A program made the translations under genes and the position numbers. Of a stretch of DNA of 64,000 nt, positions 39,645-53,400 are shown in pieces. This stretch comes from Kondoa subrosea (Eukaryota). The DNA is taken from the NCBI GenBank assembly GCA_039545335.1, contig BCIN01000011.1:62001-126000 (forward strand), in the 5' to 3' direction. Each line of letters begins with the position of its first letter. The stretch's first letter is position 1. The notes under the pieces are model-generated. The model worked only from the letters and a program-made list of their open reading frames with translations, was not told where the DNA came from and did no database searches.

Positions 39645-40674
39645 GAGTACGTCGCGGTTTGGGTCACCAGCGAACATGATATTTTTGCAAAGAGAAGCTC
39701 TGCTTAGTAATATACTTTTAAGCCGATCTGCTCAGCAGTCCTACAGGTGCAACGAAATTCGCTGGTGGTCACTTCAAGGCGAATCTCTACACATTGCCAT
39801 GGCGAATGTACTAACACAAGCAATCAACACTACTAGAAGTGTCTTTGACTCATTTGGGCAAGCGAGGCTGTAGAAGTACAGCTTACAAGCAATGTGCTGT
39901 GTGAGCAAATCTGATGATCATCTTCAGCTTCATTTTGTGAACAGCAAAGCTGTCTAAGCAAGTGCTTTAAGATGATTCTGCTTCACAACCCTATGAATAA
40001 GCAAGAAGCCTGTTCAGGGAGAGTACGTACCGGCAAAAGTGTCCCTGATTCGTGTGCTGATCATGATGATCGCAAAGTCGACGACTTCCCTATCTTTGCG
40101 ACAGACTAAAAAATGACCCGGGCGATCGATCAAACTGACCGACCAAAGAGAAATATGGGCGTAATCGCTCTTTTCCCGTATGTGATTGTAGGGAACGAGC
40201 GAAAGAGCAAAAGTAGAGAGGAAGAAAAGGTAGCTTGTCAGACAGGCTTAAGGACGGGAATGTAGAGCTGAAACACAAGAACTAATACAAAAGGATGATG
40301 ATGAGATGAAATAGGCACTAGAGTGGAATGCTGCTCTATCTGGTAGTATTTAGTCTGTCAAATCGAAAGATCTGATTGCGATCACTCGAACTCTGCGGCG
40401 AAGATGAGCAGACGGACGATACAGCAAAGCCTTCAGACAGACAGGAGTCTTATGGACGCATATTGAGAGCCTTCAGACATGGCGGTGCTCGGTCAAGAGA
40501 GTAGAGAGACCCAACCATATTTCGCTTTCGCGGCTCGTCCTACACCGGCGAGAATGGCGTCAAGACAGTATACCTTGTTGAGCATATAACCCGTCTGGCT
40601 TTCCATACGCAGTACAGCAGCCACAGCTTACTCAGCACAGCACACAAAGGGAGTCAGAGATTCCAGCTAAGAAT

Positions 40675-43333
40675 ATGAATTCCACTTCATCTCAGCCAAA
40701 CAATTGCGATCTCGACAACGAACGGCCTGCCAGGATGTCTATACCAGCTTCTATGTACATGCAGCATCATTCAGAGCAGCCTTTGGACAAAGGCAAACAG
40801 GTGGCCGAATCTAACGATCTCAGCGACGAAGAGGATTTTTACAATGCTGACACAACTTTACGCGACAACGGGGTGGAAGAGGACGAGACACCGATGGAAC
40901 AATACGCTACAAGCAGAAACTCTTTCTTTGGCGGCTTCGATTCTGGTGTCGAAACATCAAACTCCCCTTTGGACCGCTTAGCGCAGACATTAGCTATTCA
41001 ACAACAGGAGCTCTTGCGATCCAGAGAACCCTCACCCGGTCCTTCCATGTCAGATCAGCAGGCTTGGCCTAGCACTTCAGCAATCGCCGAGCCAAACTTC
41101 GCATCTGCAAGACCTGGTCGACCACAAAGGCATCCTGGTCATTCCGTAGTAGCTAATGGAGCACCTTCTCTCCCGCCGAAAGAATCTTCCTATATTGATC
41201 CGCTTCTACATCAGCATAGACAGAACTCATCATATTTTCCACGAGAGGAGGAAGTTGATCTCTCGATACGGTCACATAGCGACCGACAACGGACTCAATC
41301 TACTCCTCAAAACTTTATGTCATCGAAAGAAGAACCAATGCCAATGCCGGGCGATGCTGCTGCTCAACTAGCAGAATATGAAAAGAATGGTAGAAACGTT
41401 CGACCGAATTCTTTCTATGGCTTGGACAGACCTGATCTATATACTCAAGGTAGACCACTGAATGGTCTGCCGTACTCCGCTCACAGCCAACCCGGATCGG
41501 AAAGATCAAGATCGCTTTCTTCCACTTCACGCTCCCCTTCTTCTTCCACTCTCGCAAGAACCGCAGATCCAGATACTCAACCTATAGCATCCTACCTTCG
41601 CGATCAGAGTCATCTCAAACCAGGTACCAGAGCTTCTCTACTCTCTCACGCCAAAACGCTCGAATTGTACCGAGCTAACGTAAAGAAGACTAATGAGCCG
41701 GATGTCATCTATGAATTCGCCCTCTTCATCTTGGAAACGGCCAAAGAACTAGCTGAACTGGCCGGTACTTCCTACCTTGCGGCTTCTACTTCTTCACCCG
41801 ATTCCAACGATTCTGGTTCCTCGACCAACTCGCAAACCGACATCGCTTCCCTAGCAGCACCTACAAAAGGCGAACGACCAAGATCTTCTTTAATGATGAA
41901 ATCTAAATCTACTCTTTCAGCTTTAGCTCAATCCGATCCTGTTTCTGAAGCTCCTCCTCTAACATTATCAACAGCAGCAGATCCGCAAACCGCTAAAGCG
42001 CATTGTCGAGCTATGCAATTGGAAGCAGCACAATTGTTGAGAAGAATAGCGGATAGAGGTCATGTGGCTGCGCAAGTTTATTTGGGCGATATGTATTCTC
42101 AAGGAATTGGCTTACCTAAAGGCAAACCGGATTACGATAGAGCTTTCCCACTCTTTGTTTTGGCTGGTAAACATGGGAATGTGGAAGCTGCTTACAAAAC
42201 TGGAATGTGTTGCGAAAAGGGTTGGGGTTGCAGAAAAGACAATACGAAGGCTGTTCAGTGGTATAGGTTCGTCACACACACACGATCGTGCGTTATATTT
42301 GAGACTCATAATGATGTGTCCGAACAGGAAAGCGGCTATTGCTTTACATCCTTCTGCTATGCTTCGTTTAGGGATAGCTGAAATCAATGGTGATCTCAAT
42401 CTACCTCGTCGACCAAGAGAAGGTTTCAAATGGTTGAAACGAACTGCCGAACTTACTGAATCCATGGATCCAGCACCACCTACTTCTATTGAAGCATTAT
42501 ACGAAATCGCTCGCTTGCATGAAAAAGGAATCGAACATGTCGTTTTTGTGGATTTCGATTACGCTGCGGAATGTTTAGCTAGAGCTAGTGAATTAGGTCA
42601 TGCGCCTAGTGCGTACAAATTGGGTGAATGCTATGAGTATGGAAGAATGGGTTGTCCTCAAGATTCGGCTTTGTCTATTCATTATTACAGTGCGTCTCTT
42701 GAGTTCAATTTGGTCTGTTGGACCTACTGAACCTGGTGTCGCACAGATATTGCTGCTCAACAGAACCATAAAGAAGCTTGTTTTGCTCTTACTGCTTGGT
42801 ATCTGGTTGGATCTCCTGGTGTTTTGCCTCAGAGTGACACGGAAGCGTACCTTTGGGCAAAGAGAGCAGCTAATCAAGGGCTGGCTAAAGCCGAATATGC
42901 TATGGGCTATTTCACCGAGGTTAGCATTATCTCATTTCTTCAGGCAATAAGTTGATGAGTAATGACAGTCTGCTATTGGTACACATAAAGATGAGCAGGA
43001 GGCTTTGGTGTGGTATCAGAAAGCAGAAGAGCATGGCGATAAGCGAGCTGTAGCCCGGATTCAAGCTATGCAGCAACAACAGCAACATAGTGGATACGGA
43101 CAACCGAATGGAACAGCAGAAGCTCAATCAAGGCAGCGTGTGAGTATGTTCCATGCCGTTCTGGTGCCTGCTAAGAAGTCTATGCTTTGTAGCCTGAATA
43201 CTTCCAAGACGTTAGTAATCAAGCTCAAGCAAGACTTCCTTCACATCGTTCCGGTCGCTCTTCGCCGTCGAAGCGATCCGTCTCCGCTCCAGCTGGCAAG
43301 AAGGGCACCAAAGAAGACTGCATCATCTCTTAA
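40675..43333 (+). CDS. SKT5: Chitin synthase activator Skt5/Chs4, Sel1-like repeats, C-terminal CaaX
   Basis: TLELYRANVKKT, LLRRIADRGHVAAQVYLGD, LAGKHG..AAYKTGMCCEKGWG, YKLGECYEYGRMGCPQD; ends KEDCIIS*. Confidence 0.9.
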
Positions 43334-43673
43334 AGATTCACCTCATATTTCACACCTCGCCTCATGTTTAATACAACTACTACACTACTTCATACTAATG
43401 GTCAGCGTTTAACAAGAAAGTACAGATTTGTCAGGGACTCTCTTGTGTAGCTAGAACTTTTGCATTGCATACATAGATCTCGCATTCCAATTTACGTGTC
43501 TCTTTTGTCTTTTCGGGACTACCATTGAGCTCGATACCCCAATCAATTATACCAAGCATTACTCGAGCCTCGCGTCCTGGTCGACCTGCATTGTGACCAT
43601 CCGTATCTGGTTTTGCAATACGTAGGAGGTCAGAACATCGAAGGCGCTGGAACTAAGATCGCTGTCCTACGCA

Positions 43674-44779
43674 ATGGCAACCACAGTGACGCTGTCTGCA
43701 GAAGAGCTCGCGCAGGTTGAGCAAGAGGTGCAGGACTTGTTGGCAGCAATGAAAGCAAAAGATTGGAAACGGATGGCGAAGATGTGTGAGCGCAACGTAT
43801 GCGATACCGAGCGTGAAATAGTATATCTGGAAGCTCGTACATATTTCGTCCTGCGACGGCTTGGCTCTCAGGCGCCAGAAGTCTTCAAGTATCTACTTGA
43901 AACAGCAACTTCCTTACTCTCGAATTCTTTATCGCATGAAGCAGCAATTAACGAAAATGATTTTGAGGCTTGGCGAGAAACATCCGCATCTGGGTTCAAG
44001 ATATCTGCGATTGTTCTGAGCCTCCTGGCGGCCATGAAATTTCTGCGTGGTATACGACCTATTTACGTCGAACAGCTTCAAGGGCAATTGCTTGATTTTC
44101 TACTTGGCTATACTGTTTCGATTGGGACTTTTATCACGATGACTGGCAAACGAGAAGGTGTGGTAACATCTCTGTCCGTGGCGTACAAGTACTTCCTCTT
44201 GCTCTTCAGACGTCACCCTACCATTCTTACCACTCTGCAGCCTAGGCGACTTCGGACATTGCGAACATGTCTGCACGATCTAGCAACTACTGTTCTACCA
44301 CAGATACGCTCGACAAATGCTGAGGAAGATCTGATTATCGCAGCAGTCGGAATAGAATTCGTTGCTGGAGGAACTTTAGATGGATATTTTGTTGAAGGCA
44401 TCACTCCGGAACTGAGAGCGCATCGCAAAATACCAACTGTCGAAGACCGGATCAAGCATCTCTTTTCTTTACCCTCGTACAAGAATCTTGTGCCCGCGGG
44501 AGGGCTGCTGTGTCTCTACTGCGGTCAATATCAGGTCACTTTGGGATCAAGCGGTGATGACAATACTGGCGAAGCGAAAGAATCGGAAACGCCTGTAGAA
44601 AAGAAGTTCTCCCTCTGCTCTCTTTGTTCTTGTGCTTCGTATTGTAGTAAAAGCTGTCAGAAAGTACGTAGTATCTCAACAATTCGCTCTCGCTGACCTG
44701 GATCCAGGCTGATTGGAAAAGTCAACACAATGAGAAATGTTGCAGAGGCGTTATTCCCAATGAGGTAGCAAGCGTATGA
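43674..44779 (+). CDS. MYND-type zinc-finger protein with helical N-terminal region
   Basis: CLYC...CSLCSCASYCSKSCQK|ADWKSQHNEKC. Confidence 0.8.
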
Positions 44780-44986
44780 ATCGCTTCAATTGCTCCCTTT
44801 AAAATCCAAGTTGTGTTTGAAAAGAGGAATGCATAAAGAAGGGTCTCGATCAGCTGAAAATATGGCATATCTGCAAGAGCCTCATTTCTGTTTTCGTAGC
44901 TCTGGCAGTTATTCTTATGCTACCACTTTCGGTCCCTTTCTATGGCAGATGTTGACATTTGCTTGTCTTTCCGTTAAAACCTGGTA

Positions 44987-46460
44987 TCATTTCTCACTTG
45001 CCCGTTTTTCCGGCATCAATTCGTACATGAAAATACCAGTTGAGTGCAGCTCGCCAAACTTGTAGTAATGCCTCTCCTTCGTTACCATAAGTTTCGCTCC
45101 ATACTTCAATACGGCGGACCAACTTTCCGCATTCTGACCCGGCGTCAGTCAAGCTTTGATTTTTGAGGACAACTTACTGAGCTGTGTACATCGGCGAGGA
45201 CGTATTTGATCTTGCGCTCTCTCACGATGCTTTGCTCAAGGCAAGCTCTGCCCAATCGTCAGTCTTAAGCTCAGTACTCGTCTTCAAGCTTACTCCCATA
45301 GTAAAGGACCTAGATGCTGGCGTGTCAGCTCTTTCCGAATATGAGCACTTGCGAAGAGGCATCTGCGTCATCTGGTCAGCGAGCTGAAGAATCGCAGAGA
45401 GCGAGATTTACCGGCGAAAGCAATCGTGCTCAGTGTAATTCTCCAAGCACATGTACCCGATGACCATACCTTGATGTTCTGCGACCATGCACTGGAATAT
45501 AGTTAGACTATTGAACACATGACATTGTGAGCTACTCAACTGGAACTTCCTCTTGTAGAATATCGATGAACCAAGATAATCTTTCGGCTACAGTGCGAGG
45601 AATGGATGAAGAAACAGAACTAGAACGTAAGAGTGACTCGTTTCGGATATCATTCACTGAAGGAGAGAGGCTCAGTTGCGAAGTATCTTACTAGCCTAAC
45701 AACTGACTTTCTTGCAGATCGTTCACAGTAGCTTGACGAATTGTGACACTGCTAAGATCGAAGGGCAGCTGAAGAGCGATAGGCGGACAGGGCGTCGAGA
45801 AATCTGGATCTGGGAATCCCAGGCCTTTGACAGATGGCGCTGGTCCAAGATATTTCGAATAATGCTCTTCATCACATGTCTTTCCCAAACGTTCAGCTAT
45901 ATTGATCAGGCTTTACTCATTCCGTCAGATCAAGGTAATGCCACAGCAACAGTTATTCACCTGCCGGAGTGATGGAACCCTGCTTTGAGAAGCCACTGAC
46001 GCGCAGCAACATTGATGGACAAGATTGGCCCTGCATATCTGTATCAGAACAAGCTTTCGGGCATGATAATCTGTAACTCACGAATGCAAAGATACAAATG
46101 TAATTGAGATGTTTTATCATGCGCTTGGAGTGCAGCGAAGAGAGCAGATGCAACGCCTTGCCTTCGCTGCTGTGCACCAACGATAACACAAAGATCAGTC
46201 GTGAACTCGCAGCCGTTGCCAGGCAAGTAGCAATTCCAATGAGCATCGAAAGCAGCAAAAGCAATCACTTGGTCTGCCTGGATAGCAACGAGACTCGGAT
46301 ATCCGTAATCTGTGAGTTTCTTCAACCAATGTGAGACATCGTTGTTCGTTGACAGGATGTCCCAGGCGAGTAATCCTTCTTCCATGACTAGATTGAAGAG
46401 TGCTGTGATCTTTGGGACATCACTTTGCTTGGAGTCACGAATTGAAACGTCCTCCAGCAT
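44987..46460 (-). CDS. Tandem (two-domain) GNAT acetyltransferase, Pat/YncA-like
   Basis: Domain 1: VSIRDS..GYPSLVA..QRRQGVASAL..NVAARQWLLKAGF. Linker. Domain 2: VTIRQATVNDL..VAEHQGMVIGY..TRQHLGPLL..NAES..LKYGA. Confidence 0.75.
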
Positions 46461-46652
46461 GGACGTAGCGGATGAGAAGAATGAGAAAGGGCTGCCTTTG
46501 ACCGTAAGTGAAGGAGCGGTGTATTTAAAGTAGCACAGCATTGACCAATATGGCAACCGTAGGAAATGCTTCGAAGAGAAAGTGGATATGTAGCAATCAT
46601 TGCCAGAGCAAAGGAAAAGGAGACAAAAAGATCGACTGTTGCTCGTCCTGCT

Positions 46653-47475
46653 CTACCAGAATTCGGTCTTGCTCCATTCTCGTAGCTTGGTGATAGCTAG
46701 ACAATCGTCTTTATGTACTTTCCAATCCACACTCTGACATTCCTAGCTAGATGAGTCAGTGAAGAGTCACTAGAATCAGTGGAAGGTTTGCGAACCTTTG
46801 AGCAATATCGTGTCTTGCATTTCGCACGTGCGTTCTTTTCAGTTGCTTTGTAGCACACTACACAAGTTGTCATGTTTGCATCTGAGCGCTGCTCCAGTCG
46901 AGTGTTAAGTTGATGCAGGCGCTCAATATTGCAGGGCAGGATCTTTTTGCACCGGGGTGAGCTCGCTCAGACAGTCATAAGAAAGAACTTACAGTGACTA
47001 CACTCATATCAGTGATGGGGAACCCATTCATTTGATAGTTGAATCGCGCATCCTTCAGGCAAATAGTACTTCCAACTTGGCATTTTCGAGCATCATGGAT
47101 CATATTCGGCGTGTACTACAATAAGTTTAGCATTGAAACACCACATTGGATGATGCTTACGAAAGCGGCAAACCCAAATAAAGCTCCCAAGCGATCTTTG
47201 ATCCTGTAGACTGAACAACGATTCAGTTGTTGCAATCAGATCGAAGTGTTTCACTCTACCTGGACGGCCACCACGACTAATATCTTCCGTTATCTCGCAT
47301 AAGATGACCCAAGTCTCATTAGCATCAGCTGGTGTGAGAGGGATACTGTCTATTATGCCGTATGAGACCGCCGCGTCATAAGATAGCGAGGAAAAGACAC
47401 GCCATTGTCTGGGAAAGAGAACGAATCGTCAAGATTTAGCTTATGCTTGCGCTTCACAGAGCTAGCTGTAGACAT
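46653..47475 (-). CDS. MYND-type zinc-finger protein (one Cys ligand apparently replaced by Arg)
   Basis: Spliced: WVILCEI..RP|VYRIKDRLG..AF|Y..VGSTICL..|ILPCNIERL..CVVC..NARAKCKTRYCSK|ECQSVDWKVHKDDC..W*. Confidence 0.75.
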
Positions 47476-47738
47476 GACTTTGCTGGAAAAAGTAAAAACA
47501 ACGCGAAGGGTGCCTCTAGTAGCTGAAGCTAAGCGGATACACGAATAGAAAGTAGATGAGATCCAGAGGAGATAGGTTTGAAGCAAGCTCTCTGTAGTGC
47601 TAACTGGCTCGACGTTACAAGATGACCGTGTCATTCAGTCGGAACAAGAAAAAAATGCAAACGCTTCTTGGACCTGTACCAAGCTGTATTGATCGATACC
47701 TACCAGCTGAATAGTTGTACGATACCTTATCCATCACT

Positions 47739-49084
47739 ATGGGCCGCACCATCAAAGCTCAAAGCAAGACTCAGACAGTCAAGCAAAATGTCGAAGTAGC
47801 AAAACCTTCTTACACGGCCGCGGATGTCCTAGTCAAGGCCAATGAACTGATAGGCAATCTAGAATTTGATCTAGCTCATCAATTCTGTGTTCGAGCTTTG
47901 AAGCTGGAACCTGAGAATGCTTCGGCGCTGGAAACTATCGCTGCTGTCGAATTGGAACTAGGGAGTCCTGATACAGCTAGAGAAGTGCGTCAGAGAAGTA
48001 TATGCGGGTCGATAATGATCTGATCTCATCATGTAGCACCTCTTGAAAGCTGTTACTCTGCTCAAGGATACCAGACCATCAGCTTCTGCTCATCTTTACC
48101 TAGCTCAATTATCAGAACCTCAAGAATCTCTGCAACATTTCACACTAGCTTTAGAGATACTCAAGAGTCGGTTAGATGGTTTATCGAAAACTTCAAATGG
48201 ATCAAGTAATGGAAAAGAAAGAGAATGGTCTGAAGAAGAGACCGATATCCGGCGTAGTGCGAGTAGAGCGCTAGTCAGTATGACTGAACTGTACCTCACG
48301 GATCTTTGGTCAGTCATCGCGGTATACTTGTTCAGCCTAAGCTGATAGGTAGCACGGGTCATTGACAGCTTCGAAGATAATGCGGAAACGAAATGCGAGG
48401 AACTGCTACAACAAGCTATCCAATTCGATCCAACAGATCCAGAAGTCTATTCCACCATGGCCTCTGTTCGATTATCTCAAGAGAGGGAAGAAGACGCAAT
48501 AGCCGCTTTAGATAAATCTTGGAACATTTGGAGAGCTGCTGCACCTGGAACAGCAATTATCCCACCTTATGCTTCTAGAACTTTTTTAGCTAAACTCTTT
48601 ATTGAAACAAATCAATATTTATCAGCTTTGGAAATCTTAACTGTTTTGGAGTATGAAGACGATACGGATATTCAAGTTCAATACCTTCTGGGTTTATGTT
48701 GGTACTGTTTGACGGATCAAAGGTTGCATGGGACTAGTCCTCCAGGTGGAGAAGGATTAGGCTTGAATGAGACTGGTGAAGAGTGCGGGATAGAAGCGAG
48801 AGATTACTTTGAGACATGTTTGAAAGTGCGTCGGACATGTCAATCTTGCAATATCGCAATTTTGATTTAGTTCCAATGTACAGCTTCAAGCAAAAAAGGA
48901 GGAAGAAGACGAAGCGGATCAAGCTATGATTCAGCATGTACTAGAAATGAGGGATGTCCTTTTCACCAAAGCTGGTATACCGCCTGTGACTGAAGGCGAC
49001 GAAGACGATGAAGTGCAGTCCAATGGAGCAGGAGAGTGGGAAGATGCTAGCGATGAGGAGAAGGATGTAGAGATGGCAACCTAA
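47739..49084 (+). CDS. ACL4: Assembly chaperone of Rpl4 (TPR protein)
   Basis: HLYLAQLS, ALVSMTELYLTDLC|FEDNAETKCE, MASVRLSQ, PPYASR..LAKLFIE, acidic tail. Confidence 0.85.
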
Positions 49085-49255
49085 TGTAGACTAATGCAAT
49101 ATCACCTAAAATAATGCTTCATGCACACCTCGAGCGTAATTTGTACAGCTCTACCGGACTTTACACCGCTCGACACATTTACACAGCTTGAGCCAAGAAC
49201 CATGAGTATTACTCCGTTCTGTCATAAAGCAACACACCACGAATCAGTATCTATG

Positions 49256-50140
49256 TCACAGCGACCAAATTGCACGCAGAAGCAGAGTCAAACAGTCGAC
49301 TTGACAACAATCGCAGCAAGGAAAGCAGCAAGAAATGCACCTTCCTGCAATCACATCCATAGGCCGTACATACTTCATCTGCTCTTCCCAACAACAGCTG
49401 TTAGACGCGTCAGTACTCTGCTCTATCCTAGTGAAGAAAGCTGTCTCACCAGCAACAAATCCCAGCACAGCAGCTCAACCATGATCCACAACTCGAAGGC
49501 GCATTAGGATCATACTGTTCTTGTTTTTCATTCATCCCTTGAGCGTAATTCTGACTAGGAACCATTCCTGGAGATCTTCGAACTGGGATTTCTCTTCTTG
49601 ATCCTCCTTGTTCAGGTGACGGTGAATTGGTATAACCTTTTGCTCCGGCTGGGTATTGATAATTTGACATATCAGGTACAGGTGCTTGATTTTGTTGCGC
49701 TGCCTTGAAAGTAGGACGGTGAGTGAGAACAACAAAGGGGATTTGACAAGAGCTTACTCTTCGTTGCTCGAATTCGCGAGCTGGATCCCAACGAGGCGCA
49801 TCTTCTTGCTGATACTGATAAGCTGGAGCTTGTTGAGGTGATGAATATGTTTGAGAGGGTGCTTGTGTAGCTTGCTGAGCTTTCTGTTGTTGCAATTGAG
49901 ATTGTAGCTCGGCACTAAACAAGCATCAAACGACAGAGCATTGTTACATAGACAATGAACTGACTAGTATTGTGCTCTTGCTCGAATCTGAGCATCTGTT
50001 TGTGGTTGTTGGGCTTGAGCGTTACTTGCTTTCAAAGCGGATTCATAGTATGCTTCCAAGTTTTCTCTAGTCCATCCGGAAGCGGCATTAGTCGTTCGAG
50101 CAGCGGCTGGAGGAGGCTGCGAAGGTTCAGGATAGGACAT
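49256..50140 (-). CDS. Gln/Pro-rich protein with C-terminal cysteine-rich (CYSTM-like) tail; 3' end uncertain
   Basis: Q/P/Y-rich exons, then CGSWLSCCAGICC|CCCWEEQ and CISCCFPCCDCC. Confidence 0.72.
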
Positions 50141-50496
50141 CGCGCGATGGGTCAAGAGAAAGATGGAAGTGCTACGCGCCAGAGAAGCATTGCACTGGAA
50201 GAAACACTGCCTTTGTTCTTCGATTTGGCTCGACATGTCTTTGGCGAGACAGAGTGTGCAGAGGGATACAGAGCGCTGACGAACCACGATAGCAGCAGAA
50301 AGAAGACAAGAGAGACACATGCAAGCGAGAGAAAACAGATTGCGACAAGATCAACATGCACGCAGACTTGCGTCTGAGCGGCCCGAGAAACTTGAGTGAA
50401 GCAGACCATGTCACGGAAGCAGGAGTCATACATGTCAAGTGGGATCAAACGGAAACTCGAAAGGTCATTGTTGCTCGACAACGCTGATGCGAGCGA

Positions 50497-53400
50497 ATGC
50501 CCTCTTCAGCAGCAGAGGCGGTGGATGAGCAGGAAGATACCCCTGTGACTGCTGGACATACCACAGATCCCAATACCCAAGGCGCAAATGCACAGATCAA
50601 TGGACAAACAGCTGAAGATAATAATGAAGAGTCGGATTCTGAGGATTCTGAAGACGATGAAGAGCCTACATTGAAGTACTCGAGGCTGTCGATCCCTCCT
50701 GAACTGCTGGAACGTGACAATGCGTCTGCTTTAGCCGTCTCGAATCGTTTCCTGGTCAGTCCTATTCTGTGAGCTTTGTCCATCACGGAGCTCATGAGTG
50801 GTATAGGCTATAGGTACTCATGCAGGAGGAGTAATCATATCTGATTACAACGGTCACATCGCAAAGAAGTTCAAACCGCATACAGCTTCAGTCTTAGGTC
50901 TGAGCATAGATACTGGTAGCGAATTCGTTGCCAGCGCTTCTCTGGATGGTCAAGTCGCTATCGTCTCTCTTGGAGATGCAGACTCGCACGTTTTCAATAC
51001 TGGTCGACCGCTACGCGCAATAGCTCTCGAGCCAGACTTTGGGAAATCTAGAACTAGACAATTCGTATGTGGCGGGTTATCCGGCGCTCTGGTACTACAC
51101 GAAAGAGGATGGCTAGGTCATAAAGAAGTCACTATCCATTCCGGCGAAGGACCAATTTGGGCAGTTTCTTGGAAAGATAGCTTGATTGCTTGGGTCAACG
51201 ATGAGGGCGTCAGGATCTACGACACTCGTTCAAGCAGTAAAATCACCTATATCGCTAAACCAAACAATGCACCTCGAGTGGATCTCTTCAAATGTTCTTT
51301 GCATTGGCAAGATTCTCGAACGCTCTTAATCGGTTGGGCAGACTACATCAAAGTAGCTATTTTGAAAGAGAAAGAACGATCTCAGCTCAGCGCTGTAGTA
51401 CCAACGACTTCTTCCTCTCTGCAAGCTGAAATCACTGCAATCTTCCAAGTTGATTCCATGATTTCTGGCATTGTACCTTTTAAATCAGATGCCTACATCA
51501 TCCTAGCCTACCTGACAGAAGAATTAGATCCCAATTCAACAAAAAGACAACAAGCTTCTCGACCTGAACTTCGAGTTATTTCTCATCACGAAGGTGAAGA
51601 GCTTTCTTCCGATGCTCTTTCTTTAGCTGGATTTGCAAAATATCAATGCAATGATTACACCCTCATTCCTGCACCAGAAGAAGAAATTTATTACGTTCTC
51701 TCTCCGAAAGAAATTGTCGTTGTTAAACCTAGAGATCAATCGGATCATATTGCCTGGCTTGTTGAGAAGAGGAAGTATGAAGAAGCTTTGACTGCAGTAG
51801 AGAAAAGCGGTATGGCTGGGGTATTGGAAGGTTATGATGTAGTTGAAATTGGGACAAAGTACTTGCAGCATTTAGTAGCTGAAGGTCGGTTCGACCATAT
51901 CTGCTTCAGTTTATAGCTGATGCGTAGATATGATAATCGACAGGCGAGTATGCAAAAGCGGCAGAAACTTGTCCAAAAATTCTAGGTCAAAATGCCAAAG
52001 CATGGGAAGATTGGATCTTCTTGTTCATCGAAAAGGGTCAAATACAGGTGAGCTAGAGTCTGAAAAACCAAGTACACAACTCATCGGTGTCATAGACTAT
52101 CATTCCTTATATACCTACCCAAAAGCCTCAGCTTGATCGAGTTGTCTATGAAATGGTCTTGGCTCACTTCTTGCGTTACGATCCTCCTGTCTGTCCTGTG
52201 TCTTGTCGGGCTCCGATGAATACTGATAGTCTGTCAGGCACTTCTTCGCACTATCCGTACTTGGCCGCATGCAATCTTCGAGAAACCTACAGTCATCCTA
52301 GCGATAGAAGGCGCATTGGATAGGTCAAAAGACCAAAATACACTCATGGAATGCTTAGCAGACCTGTATGCCTCTTTTCATTTCCGATATCTAACATTCT
52401 GATCGATAGTCAACCTAGATATCTATCAAATCGTCAACCTGGCAAAGCTCTGCCATACTTCCTCCGCTTACGTCGACCAGGTGTCTTCGATCTGATTAGA
52501 GATAACAACCTCTTCACCGACGTGCAAGATCAAGCTGTACTTCTGCTTGACTTCGATCGAGATGTCAGCAAGAAACAAGGTAAACAGCCAGCCAAGGACG
52601 ACATTGCACCTACAGTATCCAGACATGGCGCTGCTATCGATCTGTTGACAGAACACACACATTCCATCCCTGTTCGTATTCATTTATATGCTTGTTTTGG
52701 AGAGCAAGATTCTTACACCTTGAGCAGATACCTCGCGTTGTAAACCAGCTTCGTTCTCACCGACAATACCTTTATCAATACCTTGATGCTCTCTTCGACA
52801 AAGATCCACATCTAGCAGCTGACTACAGTGATCTCCAAGTGAGCCTTCCACAGAGTGAAGTAATACGAGCTGACAAGTAAATCAGGTTGACTTATACGCT
52901 GAGTATGAGTATCCTCGTCTCATGGATTTCCTGCGCTCGAGCAGCTACTATGCTTTGGAAAAGGTCCGTCCATACTTTTGATAAGTTTTACTTCTTATTG
53001 AAACGGAAGCCAGGCCTACGAAGTCTGTAGTAGTCGAGACTTAATACCGGAGATGGTCTTCCTACTTGGTCGGATGGGCAATAATAAGAAAGCCTTGAGC
53101 CTAATCATCGAACGACTGGGCGATGTGCAAAGAGTGCGTAGAAGGGGGCATAAGCCGAACTCGGCTCAAGTGTTTTCCTTCATATGTACAGGCTATCGAT
53201 TTCGCAAAGGAACAGAATGACGGAGATCTTTGGGAAGATCTGCTCAAGTATTCCGAAAGCAGACCGAGTACGTCTTTGTCCTGAAGTGCTTTTGAAAAGC
53301 TCAATGTATATCTTAGCTTTCATACGAGGACTGTTGGAGAACGTTGGACCAGAGATAGATCCTGTCAATCTGATACGCCGGATCAAGAACGGCTTAGAAA

